From assembly GCF_036365525.1 (NCBI RefSeq), contig NC_090390.1, positions 55,906,153 through 55,970,152 of the forward strand: a stretch of 64,000 nt of DNA. The letters run 5' to 3'. Source of the stretch: Heterodontus francisci. Its lineage: Eukaryota. How positions within the stretch are numbered: position 1 is the first letter of the stretch; each line of letters begins with the position of its first letter. Shown in pieces: positions 24,167 to 37,569 of the stretch. Under the pieces are notes generated by a model, which made no database searches, was not told the DNA's origin, and worked only from the letters and a program-made list of their open reading frames with translations. Both the position numbers and the translations under genes were made by a program.

Positions 24167-26131
24167 TGTCAGGCAAACCCCCACCTGCCAAAACTGAGGC
24201 ACACATTATTTCGCTACATGAACATTAAAACTTTAAAAATTGCAATCTCTGACTGGAAAGACATTTCCATGGTAATGGACAATGTTGAAACAATGGGGAT
24301 CCAACAGTGTTCCTCCAATATACAGCAGTGGTCAGACCAGTTTTAGTCACATGACTGACTGGCTGTGACAGAGAAATTTGAACCTCCAACCAAGGATATG
24401 ATGAGCCTGTTCCATATAAGGAACTAGTCACATGATTAACCTGCGGGGCAACCTGGGAGTTGTTTTTTGGTATTTGAACTCCTAAACAAAGGAATTGCCA
24501 GGCAGAACGCCGTGTGCTCCTGGAACTAAAGCAAGAACATCTCCTGCCTGTGTGTCTGCTCATCTCTCAGGGAACTGAAATCATTGAAGACACGTGAAAC
24601 TCAAAAAGAGAAAGGCTTGCCACGTGAACAAAATTTGAAGAATATTACTGGGCCCCCATGAAACACAAGAATATAACTTCAACCAACAACTACAGTGAGC
24701 TCGAGAAACAGTAAGAAGATATTGCCTCAAACTGTTCTACTTGTCTTTTCTTCTGCTCTTTTCTATCCCTATTTTGCATGTTTAAATAGCACATGCACGC
24801 TAGAGTAAGGGCGTCGTATATCCATAGGAGTGAACCTAGTCGAAGGGTCACTGGAAAATGCAGTTAAGTCTGCACAAATACCTGCAGGTAGGAGTGTCCC
24901 AGAGAACAAAGGGGAGAGTAACAGAGACTCCTCCCCCACAGTTAGGGGAAAAGGGAACCACCCATCCCCTGAAGCCAAAGGTCTTTGCATGAATCAGGGA
25001 GTTCAGGATGGACACACTCCCCTACTAACTCTCCTGGAGAAAAACAGGGGAAATGAAAGCAGCCCTGCACCCCACCCAAAACAGACCATCTTAATGAGCT
25101 TCAAGACTGGTGAATAAATGGAAATGAATAAGAGAAATGCATGGTTTTCTTTCTGTATCTTATATTTCTCTCAAATTCTGTAATGAAATGTGCCATTTTC
25201 TTCAAATCATATTTCATTCTCCTGGGTGTGGAGGTGTCAGGCAAACCCCCACCTGCCAAGACTGAGGCACACATTATTTCGCCACATGAACATTAAAACT
25301 TTAAAAATTGCAATCTCTGACTGGAAAGACATTTCCATGGTAATGGACAATGTTGAAACAATGGGGACCCAGCAGTGTTCCTCCAATACACAGAAGTGGT
25401 CAGACCAGTTTTAGTCACATGGCTGACCGGCTGTGACAGAGAAATTTGAACCTCCAACCAAGGATATGAAGAGACTGTTCCATATAAGGAACTAGTCACA
25501 TGACTAACCTGCAGGGCAACTTGGGAGTTTTTTTAAAATTTGAACTCCCAAACAAGGCAATTGCTAGGCAGAACGCCGTGTGCTCCTGGAACTGAAGCAA
25601 GAACATCTCCTGCCTGTCTGTCTGCCTGCCTGCTCATCTCTCAGGGAACTGAAACCATTGAAGACACGTGAAACTCAAAGAGAGGAAGGTTTGCCGCATG
25701 AACAAAGTTTGAAGAGGATTACTGGGCCCCAACGAAACGCAAGACTATAACTTCAATCAAGGACTACAGCGAGCTTGAGAAACAAAAACAAGATATTGCC
25801 TCAAAATGTTCTACTTATCTTTTCTTCTGTTCTTTTCTCTCCTTATTTTGCATGTTTAAATCACGTGTGCATGCTAACGTGAGCGTGTGGTATATCCATA
25901 GGCGTGAACCGTATTAGAGTTAAGTTAAAGGTTTAATAAATTTCATCTTTCTGCTTTAAACCAAAGAAAGCCTGTTTGTGCTCATTTATTTGCCTTATAA
26001 TTGGAAAGTTGTGAACAAGGATTCACAAAGGGAGAGCTCAAAACACTGTGTTTAAAATTAAACCCTGTTACAGTAAGACCAGGTGAAGGCAGCAAGAGAC
26101 CCCTAGACACATTGCTCACCTGGTTGTAACA
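24167..26131 (+). mobile_element. LTR retroelement with nearly all internal sequence deleted
   Basis: A direct repeat TGTCAGGCAAACCCCCACC starts at 24167 and at 25235. The second copy is complete (to GTAACA 26131, with AATAAA) and preceded by purine-rich GGGTGTGGAGG. The first copy breaks at ~24837. No clear TSD. Confidence 0.8.
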
Positions 26132-26237
26132 ACGTACATAATTAAAGTGATGGATTCTGTTATAAATTAGACTTAGCTGTATATACCATCCAGTGTTCAA
26201 TGGCATCAGTTGCTGTTGTAAGCAGTCTGGGCATCTT

Positions 26238-26420
26238 GGGGAAAAATGCAACTTGGGCAGACGCACAAAATGGGTGTTGTCAAATCTACTGCCAATTATA
26301 CACTCAGTTTGATATTCCGTTGTGTTGAAGTCAATGGAACTGTATATAGGATGGGACATAAAATGGGCAATATCGCATCTACCCATTTAGTATTCCTTTC
26401 TAAGTCGAATTTCAACCCCC
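26238..26420. mobile_element. Old palindromic MITE
   Basis: Imperfect inverted arms (GGGGAAAAATGCAACTTGG / TAAGTCGAATTTCAACCCC) around a central TTGAAGTCAATGGAA. Confidence 0.5.
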
Positions 26421-26785
26421 CCTCCCCCTCCCCCTTAAGTTTATGGGAGTTGATTCACACTGTCCTACATCTAATTGGACAATAGTGCAATTCTGGAAGG
26501 TAACAACAGTATCCCTTTGCAATATGAACCATATATTTGCATCTTTGGAACAGAATTCTTTTTCAATCTCTCCGAAGTTAATACTAGATGAAGCAAAGTT
26601 GGTTTGAATTGTAAACTGCTTTTTTCCACAATATACAGAGTTCCTTAATTAAATCAGTATATCTTACATTCACATAATGGTACAAAATGAAGAATAAATG
26701 ATGTACTTCCACCAATGGGGTCATCTCACTTAATTTAGCAGAATAATCCATCAGTATCAGTCTTAGAGCCCAAAGCAGACCCATT

Positions 26786-29494
26786 GGGCTGGATTTTATT
26801 CCAGCGACAGGGGTCCCAGCAGCAGGCTGGAAGGCGGGGGGAGATACCCACCTTGGCTCTCCTTCGAACCCTCGTTGCTATTTCACAGCTGGCAGGCAAT
26901 TAACTGCCCGCTGGCGGGGATGCCATCCCTTTAAAGGATGAGCTCTCGCCTCCAGACCTGCCAGAGAATCAGAAGGCCAGCAGCTCTGCAGTACCAGCAG
27001 TGCCACTGAGGAGGCCCTATTTTAAACGCCCAGCACCTGCTTCCTGACAACTGTCAAAGAAATACTTACCTGACTGCTGAAGAGTGTTCAGATTGACTGC
27101 TGTCAATCTGGCAACAAAGCAGAAAGTGCTGCAGAAATCCAGCAGGTCAGGCAGCATCTGTGGAGAGAGAAGCAGAGTTAACTTGTCCAGTTTCACAGAC
27201 CTGAAAGTTAACTCTGCTTCTCTCTCCACAGGTGCTGCCTGACCTGCCGCGTTTCCTCAGCACTTTCTGCTTTGCTGCCACATACTTACCCTGCTGCGTC
27301 CCAGCATCCTGTGAAGTTGTGATCCTCTTCTTCCACTCAAGTCTCGCATTACTTCTTGTAGGCGTGCTGCACCTGGGTGAATAATCTTAAATTTGCACAT
27401 TCCAGGACATGAGACGTAAATGGACCATAAAAGGTATTACAGGGGTTTACAGAGAACACACTGACACAAATGGGAATGCACGGGTGTCACAGCAATGTAA
27501 ATACGTCTTTCACTAATTGTTCCTCACCAACATGTGTGCCTTTTCTCTGTATGAATGATGTGTGCCAGTATGTAGCGCCAATGTCACATCCCTTGGCACC
27601 ATGGCCCTTCAGGAGAGCCAACATATGCAATAACATCATTGCCATGCCCCATTACTCATGAGTGTCTCCATGAATGCAACGACATGGACATTGGCTCAAT
27701 CAGCTGCTGCCTCTAATGGTTTACACTGGGATGCTGCAGATGTGGACTGGTGCACAGCAGGTGAGCGAGGGTGATGTGTGGCACACAGAGCTCATGTCAG
27801 TTCCTAAAGAGCAGACAGTCTTTGTTTGATAAGCCATTGCCGTACATCCCTAGCTCACTGCTAGCTCTGCATGCAGAGCCTGGGTGCCATCTGCCCTCCC
27901 ACGTGCCTTTCATGTTGTAGGTCCTCAGCGGCCTCATAGTCCTGCTGACATCTCTCCTCATTATGCCAGGCCTGGCACCAATTGGGTGCGCAGTTGTGCA
28001 GAGCAGCAAAGAAAGGAGCTGGCCTTTTCCGCCCGAAGTACAGGGCATCGCCTTATCCATCCATGCAATGGAAGTGCTCTTTCAGCATGCCGATTTCCTG
28101 CTCAATGGTGGCTCTTGTAGCTCAGTGGCTAGCATTGTATCTCTCCTCTGCAGCAGTGGTGAGGTCTCTCAGTGATGTCAGGAGCCATGTCTGCAAGGGA
28201 TAGCCCTTGTCTCCAAGAAGCCACCCCTCCATCTGAGCCAGTTCAGTGAACAGTGGTAGCAGCTGGGATTGGCGCAGGTTCCAGGTGTCATGGCAGCTGC
28301 CTAAGAAGCGGTCACAGATTTGCATGAAGCATCTGCGGTGATCACATACCAACTGCACCTAGATTGAGAGGATTCCTTTAATGGTGACGTCTGCAGGTGG
28401 TAGCCTGGCGGGAAGCCTGATGGCCACATGAGTGCAGTCTATGAACATTACAACCTATGGTTCTCTGGCAATGGTGCCGAAACCGATGGCCCTCTGGGCC
28501 TGGATGTGAGAGTCCGTCCTGAAGCGGACATACTCACTGGCCCTCTGGTGCAGGGCATCGGTGACCTCCCTGATGAAGCAATGCACTGCTGACTGTGACC
28601 CCACAAAGGTCTCTGGTAGGCCCCCGAAAAGCTGCATAGGCGTCAAGCTTGAGAACCACTGCCACTATGAGGACCAAAGGCATAGGATGTCCACTGAAGC
28701 CCATGGGTGCAGGTCATCTTTGAGCAGGGCAAAGAGACGTGTCACCACCCTCTCTACATGTGCAATCGCCTCTGACACTGGTGCTCTGACATCCAACGGC
28801 ATGTCATGTGGGGCCTGTAGATGCACGGCAAACATAGTGGCGAGCTCCCCTTGGGGGCTGCAGCTCACGACCCGGGGCCTCTACGTGGATCGCACTTGCC
28901 CCCAACATCCATATAACCTTAATGCTCCTACCATTTCTGGCACCCTCCCCACACACAGGGTGACTGGAGTGCCACTGCTCCTTCACAAACATTAATAAAT
29001 GCAGAGTGTACACTGTTTACAGAGAGAAGGCACACATTACCTCCATTCATGCCTGCAGAGCTTTCCCTCCACTAATCCCAGATCCCCTCCTTCCTCCCTT
29101 CCAGTATGCAGAGTGGGAACACTGTAATGCCCCCCTCCCTCCTCCCTTTAAGAATGCACAGTGAGACCCCTGAAAAGGAACTTGCCTTCTCCACAAAGCC
29201 TTCTGCCTCTGTGGACCCGCCGGCTTTTCAAATCGTGAAGGGACGGCACGTGACAGCCACCCGATCAGTGAAAAATCCAGAGGTGTCCATGGAGAGGCCA
29301 TGGTCTGTATAGTCTGCAGAGGTAATTACCGTTTAACATCTGGTAATTGGGGTGTCGCCCCAATGCTGTGGTGGGGTGCCGCACCGAATCGGTAATTTGC
29401 GGTGGGACTTTCTCAACGTCGCAGGTCAAGGCGGGCCTCTGCCTGCAGAATTTTACCGGCCCCCGCAGTGTCGAGGGCTGGTAAAATTTAGCCC
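26786..29494 (-). mobile_element. PIF/Harbinger element, internally deleted, with transposase pseudogene on - (~27900-29000)
   Basis: TIRs GGGCTGGATTTTA / TAAAATTTAGCCC and TSD ATT on both sides. Motifs QSAVHCFIREVTDAL, QLVCDH...GSCHD and WLLGDKGYPLQTWLLT. Confidence 0.9.
27109..27280. repeat. ~170-bp hairpin made of two inverted Penelope-like ends
   Basis: The arm TGGCAACAAAGCAGAAAGTGCTG...GCAGAGTTAACTT is mirrored by AAGTTAACTCTGC...CAGCACTTTCTGCTTTGCTGCCA, with a loop of about 20 nt. Confidence 0.85.
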
Positions 29495-30283
29495 ATTGTT
29501 TTTAAAATCCCAGCATTGAAAGATACTGTTTTTGCAATGAAAGATTTTAAAGCCTTTGTTCAGTGGGTTTTTCATGTTCTTCTGTTCAGAAAGGAAAGCG
29601 TGATGTTTGCGTTCCCACAGATTATAGTACAGATGGACAAGGATTATAAAATTCTTTTGCAGTTGTTACGGTTGAAATAAATAGGCACATATAAACCTGG
29701 AAATTATGCTGCGCACTATTATCATACAAATGCTTGTGGTACTCATATCAAATTTGTCTGCTATTTTATCGGAGGTATTAATCCATTTAAAATAAAATCA
29801 GGGTGCAATATTATTAACAAATATGAGAATATGGTTTCAAGGCTAAAATTAAGTAAGTACACAACTGCATTATCTAAGTTCCCAGAAACAAAATCTTGTG
29901 GTTGTGTTTTTGGCAAAGCAGAAATATAAGGAAAAGAAACAGGTGCATAAAGAGAGAACTGTTGAGTGCATTGTGAATAGGGGACATGGGAACCAAAATT
30001 GCTCATCCATTCCAGCAGAATCCGTATAGGTCCCAGACTTACACATACGGACATTACTCATCCACGCAATGTTTGTTGTGGCCTGCTTAGGGGCTGAGTC
30101 TCTGTCCTCCCCAAATAAGGCTCCTGATGTAGAACGGGTTAGGTCTTCAACGAGGACTCAATGCCGCAAGTTCCCTCTTTCTCAGCCTCAAAGGAGCCCT
30201 TTAATTTGAAGGCTGGTATAGCAAGTGTAATAAGTCATTCTACTTTCCGGACGGCAAAGGCAAGGCCACACCAGGCAAACACA

Positions 30284-31853
30284 GCCCTGGTCCGGATGGG
30301 ATCTATCCCAGGTTACTGAGGGAAGCGAGAGAGGAAATAGCTGGGGCCTTAACAGATATCTTTGCAGCATCCTTAAACACGAGTGAGGTCCCGGAGGACT
30401 GGAGAATTGCTAATGTTGTCCCCTTGTTTAAGAAGGGTAGCAGGGAAAATCCAGGTAATTATAGACCGGTGAGCCTGACGTCAGTGGTAGGGAAGCTGCT
30501 GGAGAAGATACTGAGGGATAGGATCTATTCCCATTTGGAAGAAAATGGGCTTATCAGTGATAGGCAACATAGTTTTGTGCAGGGAAGGTCATGTCTTACC
30601 AACTTAATAGAATTCTTTGAGGAAGTGACAAAGTTGATTGATGAGGGAAGGGCTGTAGATGTCATATACATGGACTTCAGTAAGGCGTTTGATAAGGTTC
30701 CCCATGGTAGGCTGATGGAGAAAGTGAAGTCGCATGGGGTCCAGGGTGTACTAGCTAGATGGATAAAGAACTGGCTGGGCAACAGGAGACAGAGAGTAGC
30801 AGTGGAAGGGAGTTTCTCAAAATGGAGACATGTGACCAGTGGTGTTCCACAGGGATCCGTGCTGGGACCACTGTTGTTTGTGATATACATAAATGATTTG
30901 GAGGAAAGCATAGGTGGTCTGATTAGCAAGTTTGCAGACGACACTAAGATTGGTGGAGTAGCAGATAGTGAAGGGGACTATCAGAGAATACAGCAGAATA
31001 TAGATAGATTGGAGAGTTGGGCAGAGAAATGGCAGATGGAGTTCAATCAGGGCAAATGCGAGGTGATGCATTTTGGAAGATCCAATTCAAGAGTGATCTA
31101 TACAGTAAATGGAAAAGTCCTGGGGAAAATTGATGTACGGAGAGATTTGGGTGTTCAGGTCCATTGTTCGCTGAAGGTGGCAACGCAGGTCAATAGAGTA
31201 GTCAAGAAGGCATACGGCATACTTTCCTTCATCGGACGGGGTATTGAGTACAAGAGTTGACAGGTCATGCTACAGTTGTATAAGACTTTGGTTCGGCCAC
31301 ATTTGGAATACTGCGTGCAGTTCTGGTCGCCACATTACCAAAAGGATGTAGATGCTTTGGAGAGGGTGCAGAGGAGGTTCACCAGGATGTTGCCTGGTAT
31401 GGAGGGCGCTAGCTATGAAGAGAGGTTGAGTAGATTAGGATTATTTTCATTAGAAAGATGGAGGTTGAGGGGGGACCTGATTGAGGTGTACAAAATCATG
31501 AGAGGTATAGACAGGGTGGATAGCAAGAAGCTTTATCCCAGAGTGGGGGATTCAATTACTAGGGGTCACGAGTTCAAATTGAGAGGGGAAAAGTTTAGGG
31601 GGGATATGCGTGGAAAGTTCTTTACACAGAGGGTGGTGGGTACCTGGAACGCGTTGCCAGTGGAGGTGGTAGACGCGGGCACGATAGCGTCTTTTAAGAT
31701 GTATCTAGACAGATACATGAATGGGCAGGAAGCATAGAGATACAGACCGTTATAAAATAGGCGACATGTTTAGATAGTGGATCTGGATCGGCGCAGGCTT
31801 GGAGGGCCGAAGGGCCTGTTCCTGTGCTGTAATTTTCTTTGTTCTTTGTTCTT
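30284..31853 (+). mobile_element. Young CR1 LINE, 5'-truncated
   Basis: RT ORFs 30424-31260 and 31267-31737 are separated by one in-frame stop. (TTCTTTG)n tail. Near-identical to 42556-44554. Confidence 0.95.
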
Positions 31854-32012
31854 TGGATCATGAAACCAATCCCAAAATCACAGGGAAGGAATATCATAGA
31901 AAATGTTTTAATTGGTTGCTCTGACATACGGGCTGCTAAGACCAAAATTTGTAGCCTTCTTGGTCGGGGGGGGCGGTGGCGGTGGTGGGGGTGGGGGGGG
32001 GGCAGCCGGGGA

Positions 32013-32476
32013 TGTAGCATGATAGGATAGAGCCTGACATTTCAATCACACCCCCAGTCAAGACAGCTTCCTTTGGTGTTTATGACAAATTCAGCAGGGG
32101 GTACCACACCTTCCTCCTGGAGACTTCTTCCGCTGACCTCTTAATTTTGGTGGGATCAGCATACCATGGAGTTTGTTGTTGGATAACCTTAAGAAGGGAC
32201 CACCTTAAGAAAGGATCACCTGAAGAGCTGTAAGTGAACAACACCAGAGCAAGTGGTCACTTGCTCCTCTGCACCCATGTCACACATGACCATGACCAGG
32301 CAGTTGTGGGTTGAGCCCAACAGTGTGAGATATGTTTAGGTGTGCTTGTGCAATAGCTGTTTGCATATATATGTTCTAGTTTAAAGTATAATAAAAACCA
32401 CCTTTACTTTGGATATTACTTGTACTCTGGTGAGTCTTACAATAGATCACAGACCAAGGGAACATGTAATATTACA
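32013..32476 (+). mobile_element. Possible solo LTR
   Basis: TGTAG...TTACA ends and AATAAA near 32390. No convincing TSD. Confidence 0.3.
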
Positions 32477-33219
32477 GAGTTCAACAGTGGACATGATCTT
32501 GCTGTAATTGCTGGGATCATGCCCCCATGATTTTCTGAGCCATGATATGGCATGGATCAACACCCTTAGCCATCGTTACATAATGTATGAATTACCTCCT
32601 GGCCAACAAGCAGCAGCAGCAATGGCATACTGTGGAGGGAGCTGCAGGTGGACACTAGCGAGGTGAACAACAGAGAGATGGATAGCAGAGAGGGGAGCAA
32701 CCAAGAGGGGAGAAAATAAGGGGTCTACGTTGCAGGAGGCTCTACTCACAGGGTGTACAGGGTTCAGCAGTGCTTCCAGACGCTCACATTGACATGTCAG
32801 GTGGTCGCAGACATCCGCAATCTTTGAGTAGAAGAATTGTTTTTTGCTGGACCTGGTGGCTCCACATTGTTTATCACTGTGAAAGTCATCACTGTCCTCA
32901 ATTTCTTTGACACTGACTCCTTCGAAAGCACCATCAGAGACATAGTGAGAGTTTCCTGGGTGGCTGCACATAAATGTGTAAGGCAAGAGATGGATGGGAT
33001 GTTTGCCAGGGCATCAACTTATGTCAACTTCCCCTGTGGTGACATTAGCCGGAATGAGCAGGCACTTGGAGTTGCATCTGTGGCTGGTTTCCCAGAGGTC
33101 AAGGTTCCATTGTTGCAATCCAAGGACGACAAGATCAACTAGGAGTTTTCATCAACCACAAGGGATTTCATTCCACTAAGGTTTAGATGGTGTGGAACCA
33201 CAAGATGAGGATTATGCAA

Positions 33220-33544
33220 TCAAAACAGAAAATGCTTGAAATGCTCAACAGGTCTGGCAGCATCTGTGGAGAGAGAAGCAGAGTTAATAGGCAGGATTTT
33301 CTGTTTGGTGTCGGCCTCTGATCAATGGCCTTAATTGGCCTTTTAATTGTGTTAACAAGCTACCCGTTGCTTGCGGGTGGGTAGCTGTTCCATGCCCAAC
33401 CCAGCCTCCAGGAAAATGGCCAGAAGTCAGGACAATGGCAGGAACCAGCAAAAAGCCAGTGTCAGGGTATTCCATACCTGGCTGCCTTTGTTCCCACCCC
33501 AGTATCGGCACTAAAGCCCCGCCCAGCGTTTCAGGTCTGTGAAC
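33220..33544 (-). mobile_element. Penelope-like 3' fragment interrupted by a small Harbinger MITE (33289-33524)
   Basis: ...GCAGAGTTAAT | AGGCAGGATTTTC...AAAGCCCCGCCC | AGCGTTTCAGGTC: the Penelope core is split at GTTAA^CGTTTC. Confidence 0.7.
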
Positions 33545-34239
33545 ATTAGGCTATATTTTACCAAGTTGCCAACATCGTGATCCATGGCGGGGGTCCAGAA
33601 GATGGGTCCAGAAGAGGCCCACTACAGAGCTCGAAGCCGAGAAGGCTGGCCTGATCCCCCCGACGGTTGTGAGGCCCTGTGGTGGCTCCCCACACCCCCC
33701 CACCCCCCCCCCCACCCCCCCCACCCCCACCACTTGGTGATGGGTCCCGGATTTGAATATGTAAATAGCCACTTACCATACATTACTATGCAAGCTGCTG
33801 CGATTCAGCCATTAGGTCATGATCTTCAAATGGACGTGTGGCTCTCACGTGCTTTCACTTTCACGTCCGAGAAAAGCTGGCAGCACCAAAGTGTTAGTCC
33901 TCGGAGCCTGTGAAGGTGAGAGGGTGTGAGTTGTGAAGGGGGTCTCAACTCTGCATTCGTGAAGGAAGGAACCCCGTACCCTTGTTCCACAAAGGGGACC
34001 ACTCTGCCATGAACGTTTGTTGTGGGAAAAGGGGGCTGACCCTGCAGTCAGCCAACAATTTTTGGGGGACGGGGGAACAATGGCAGTCCATGACTCCTTC
34101 ATGTGGGCTGGGGGCCACAAATGGGAGCTGGTTTAAGGTCATGTTGCTGATGGTCCGATCCAGGCAACTGCAATAATGTGACTGTGGTCATGCGGCCCCA
34201 CTCTTATTTAAAGCAAAGGCAGGCAATGTCATGCCATGC

Positions 34240-35510
34240 CATATAGATGATGCCGGAATGCAGCTGAAGCACCAATTCACATCACTCTCTGCTCTGATAG
34301 GTGCCATTGACCTACTGAAGCAACCGAGTTCACCTGCAGCATTCAGATGGGGCTGGTCCACCCTGCCTTTCTGGATCCACATGCCGTGAGGAGCCATATC
34401 TGCCAGAGATGGAACCAAGAGACAGGTGCAGCCCATGTGAAAGCTCCCAGATGCGAGCAGCAGCAGCCACCAAGGTGTATTCGAGCCCAAAGAAGACAGC
34501 AGATTTATAGGACCCACATGACTTATCTGCAGATGTCAGAGCACCAGTGTCAGAGGTGACTGTGGATGTCCAGACAGGCAGTGACGCATCTCTGTGCACT
34601 GCTGAATGATGACCTGCAGCTAAAGAGCTTTGGTGGACACCCTATGCCTCTGGCCCTCAAAGTGACCACGGCAATAAACTTCTTTGCCTCCGCATCATTC
34701 CAGGGATCCACCGGAGACCTGTGTGGGGTTTCAGTCAGTAGTGCACCGTTATACCAGGGAGGTCACCAATGTCTTGTACAGGAGGGCTGATGACTATGTT
34801 TTCTTCAGGACAGACCCTGAGAGTCAGGCCCCTGAGGATTTGGGGCCATTGTGGGATTCCCACTGGTGCAAGAAGTCATCAACTGCACACATGTGGTCTT
34901 CAAGTCTCCAGCTGGACAACCAGCTGCATATCCATAGAAAGGGCTTCTACTCACTCAACGTGCAGCTAGTATGCAACCACAGGAAATACTTCCTGCAAGT
35001 GTGTGCCCGCTTTCCAGGCAGCTGCCATGACTCCTTCATCCTGCACCAGTCCCAGGTGCCACTGCTGTTCACTGCACCGGCTCAGATCCAGGAGTGGATT
35101 CTTGGGGACAAAGGCTACCCCTTGCATACATGGCTCCTGACGCCAGTGAGAAACCCCACCAGCGATGCAGAGGAGAGATACAACGCCTGCCACGGCTCGA
35201 CATGAGCTACCATTGAACAGGCCATCAGCATGCTGAAGATGCTCTTCCGCTGCCTGGATAGATCAGGTGGGGCCCTACAGTGTGCAGCAGAAAGGGTTGT
35301 GCACCTTGTTGCTGTATGCTGTGCTCTACACAACTTTGCAATACAGAGAGGGGAGGCCTTGTAGGATGATGAGAAACAGGAGCAGGAGACATCCTCGAAC
35401 GATGAAGATGCATGGGAGGACAGACAGCATCAATGCAGCGCATACATGGTGAGCAGCAAACAACAGATGCATGACAATGCCTGATCACTGAGTGCTTCCA
35501 CAATGCCTGA
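34240..35510 (+). pseudogene. HARBI1-like Harbinger transposase of HB
   Basis: YRTHMTYLQMSEHQC, PLALKVTTAINFFASASFQG, RKGFYSLNVQLVCNH, RFPGSCHDSFIL, WILGDKGYPL, RYNACH, IEQAISMLK..FRCLD, CCALHN, with several stops and frameshifts. Confidence 0.92.
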
Positions 35511-35829
35511 AGTGCACCATATGCTTGCCCCATCACATACCGCTGTTCTTCATCTGCTCTTCAGTCTTCTGCATCTGTCACATCTGTGTCTCCACCATTA
35601 CTGGCAGCAGCTGACTGAGCCATTGCCGATGTGACTGCACCTGTGCATTGCCACATCACGCATACTGGCATGGCAATGATGTTATTCCATACATTGGCAG
35701 TTCTGTCAGGTCAATGATGTAATGGGAGGACACATAATCAGTGCATTGTGGCATGCGTCATTCACACAGTAAAAGGAGACATGTTAGAAAAGTACATTTA
35801 GTGATAAGGAATTAATACATAGCTGTGTC

Positions 35830-37569
35830 ACCCGTGAAAATCCATATGTGTCGTGGTGTCTTTTTGAAACGTTTGTGAGTGCTCCTTTGCGGTGTGACTT
35901 CTGCGCTAGCAGCTTGACTGGAGGCAGGCTGTTGATCAGGACGGCCTTTGGCTTTGGATGACTTGGGCAGTCGTCGTCTGGGTGCATGAGGCCTGGAGGG
36001 CCCCAGCTGCCTGAGGGCCTCCTGCTCCAGTGCAGGGCTGTTCTCAGACATTGTAGCTGCTGGAGCTAGACTCACTGGCAGAGGGGCTGAGGAGCCAGTG
36101 TCCACATTGGAATCACCCTGAGGGGGGACCCCCAACTGTCTCTCCTCCTCCCTCTCAAGGCTCGAGCGAACCTCGCTGCTCTCCTGAGAAGGACCAGAGA
36201 CAATCTCCAGGCCCCGGTCCCTCTCTCGCCTTGCTACTGCGGCGTTCTGCTCACGACCAAGGCGAGGGTTTTTAGGTCAGCGTGCATCTGTGGAATGTGC
36301 CTGTCTGTGAGGGCTGCCATCCTCTCCATGGAGGAAGCCATGAGCTCATATGCCTGGGATGTGTCAGCTATCATGGCCTGGATGGACTCCTCCATCGTCC
36401 ACTCAAGGTTGCACATGGCCTGTGGCATCTCCGTCAGATGTTGCCTTAACTCTCCCTGCAACTCCAGCATGACCTAGGCTGTCAACACCAGAGGATCATC
36501 ATCAGCCTAGGGCTCAGCATGGGCCTGGCCACCCACAACCCTCCGACTGTCAGAGATGTTGCCTTTCTCAGCCTCAGCCAGCTGCTTGGGCATGTGTGTG
36601 TGGTGCTCTCACCAGCTTGTGACCCAGACTCTAAAGCCGAACGGATTCCCACCAATGAGACTGTATCTGTGCTGGTTGAAGGTGCATGAGTGACATGAGA
36701 CGATGCGTCCTCTGAGGATGTCACTTCCTCAGAGGTGCTAGAAGTCTCCAGGGCCTCCAATGACGACTCTGAGCGTCGCCCTGCAAGGTACAATTTGAAG
36801 AGCACAGTTTTAGGTTTTATGGTGCACATGTCATGAATATGACAGCATTGTATCCAAAAATAAAATGTTATAAGTAATCATTGTGTTTGTGAAAGAGCTG
36901 TATGTTCACCTGGGACCCCCAAAGCTCCGCATCTGAAAGGGCCTCCTCCTCAGCCTGTGTTAGCAGTCTAATGTCTGGCACCCTTCCACCGGTCCTGGAG
37001 GCCTCCCTCGCATTGTGAGCCCTCTTCGCCTGGAAGAGCAAGGATGCAGATGTTGAAAATTGCCAAACAACAACATGATGCACGTCACAACAGGCGCACT
37101 AAAACAAAAAGTAGGGGAATCTTAGTCTGTAGTACGGACTCAACCTGTCATGTCGGTGCTATGCTCTGAGGTGCAAATGAGGGTGAGTTCTTTCACGCAT
37201 GCAGCCACTCATGTAACATCAATCCTTCCTGCCCGACCTCCCTGTCATTGACATGGCAGTGGCACCCATGTGCCACGCTGTGTAGGGACATCCAGGTCAA
37301 ACAGAGCCCTACAGCAAAGTGCAACTTACCTTTGCCGAGCGCATGAGATCATTCATCCTCTTGCGGCACTGGACCCAGTCTCAGTGGGTGACTCCAGGGC
37401 AGTTTACCTCCTCTGCAATCTCCGTCAAGTCTTGCTTGGTGAGACGGGAGGGCTTCTTCTTACCATCACTGAGGAAAAGGACCTCCCGCCTTTCCTTTGC
37501 AGCCTGGAGGAGAGTGAGCAGTGAGACATTGTTGAACCGTGGGGCCACCCTTCCTCATACCTCTGCCAT
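35830..37569 (-). pseudogene. Three-exon Myb/SANT-like partner gene of HB
   Basis: Exon 1 is 37569-37330 (MAEV*GRVAPRFNNVSL...WVQCRKRMNDLMRSAK|GTAAGT), exon 2 is 37029-36910 (AKRAHNARE...TGG), and exon 3 starts at 36780. All junctions are GT-AG. Confidence 0.85.

Noticed and set aside
27062-27072. ATACTTACCTG, identical to the first 11 nt of U1
   Set aside because: Similarity ends there. It is simply the reverse complement of a consensus 5' splice site.
34240-35510. Host HARBI1 gene
   Set aside because: It has multiple stops and frameshifts and is bounded by TIRs and a TSD, so it is a transposon copy. The same applies to the other transposase remnants.
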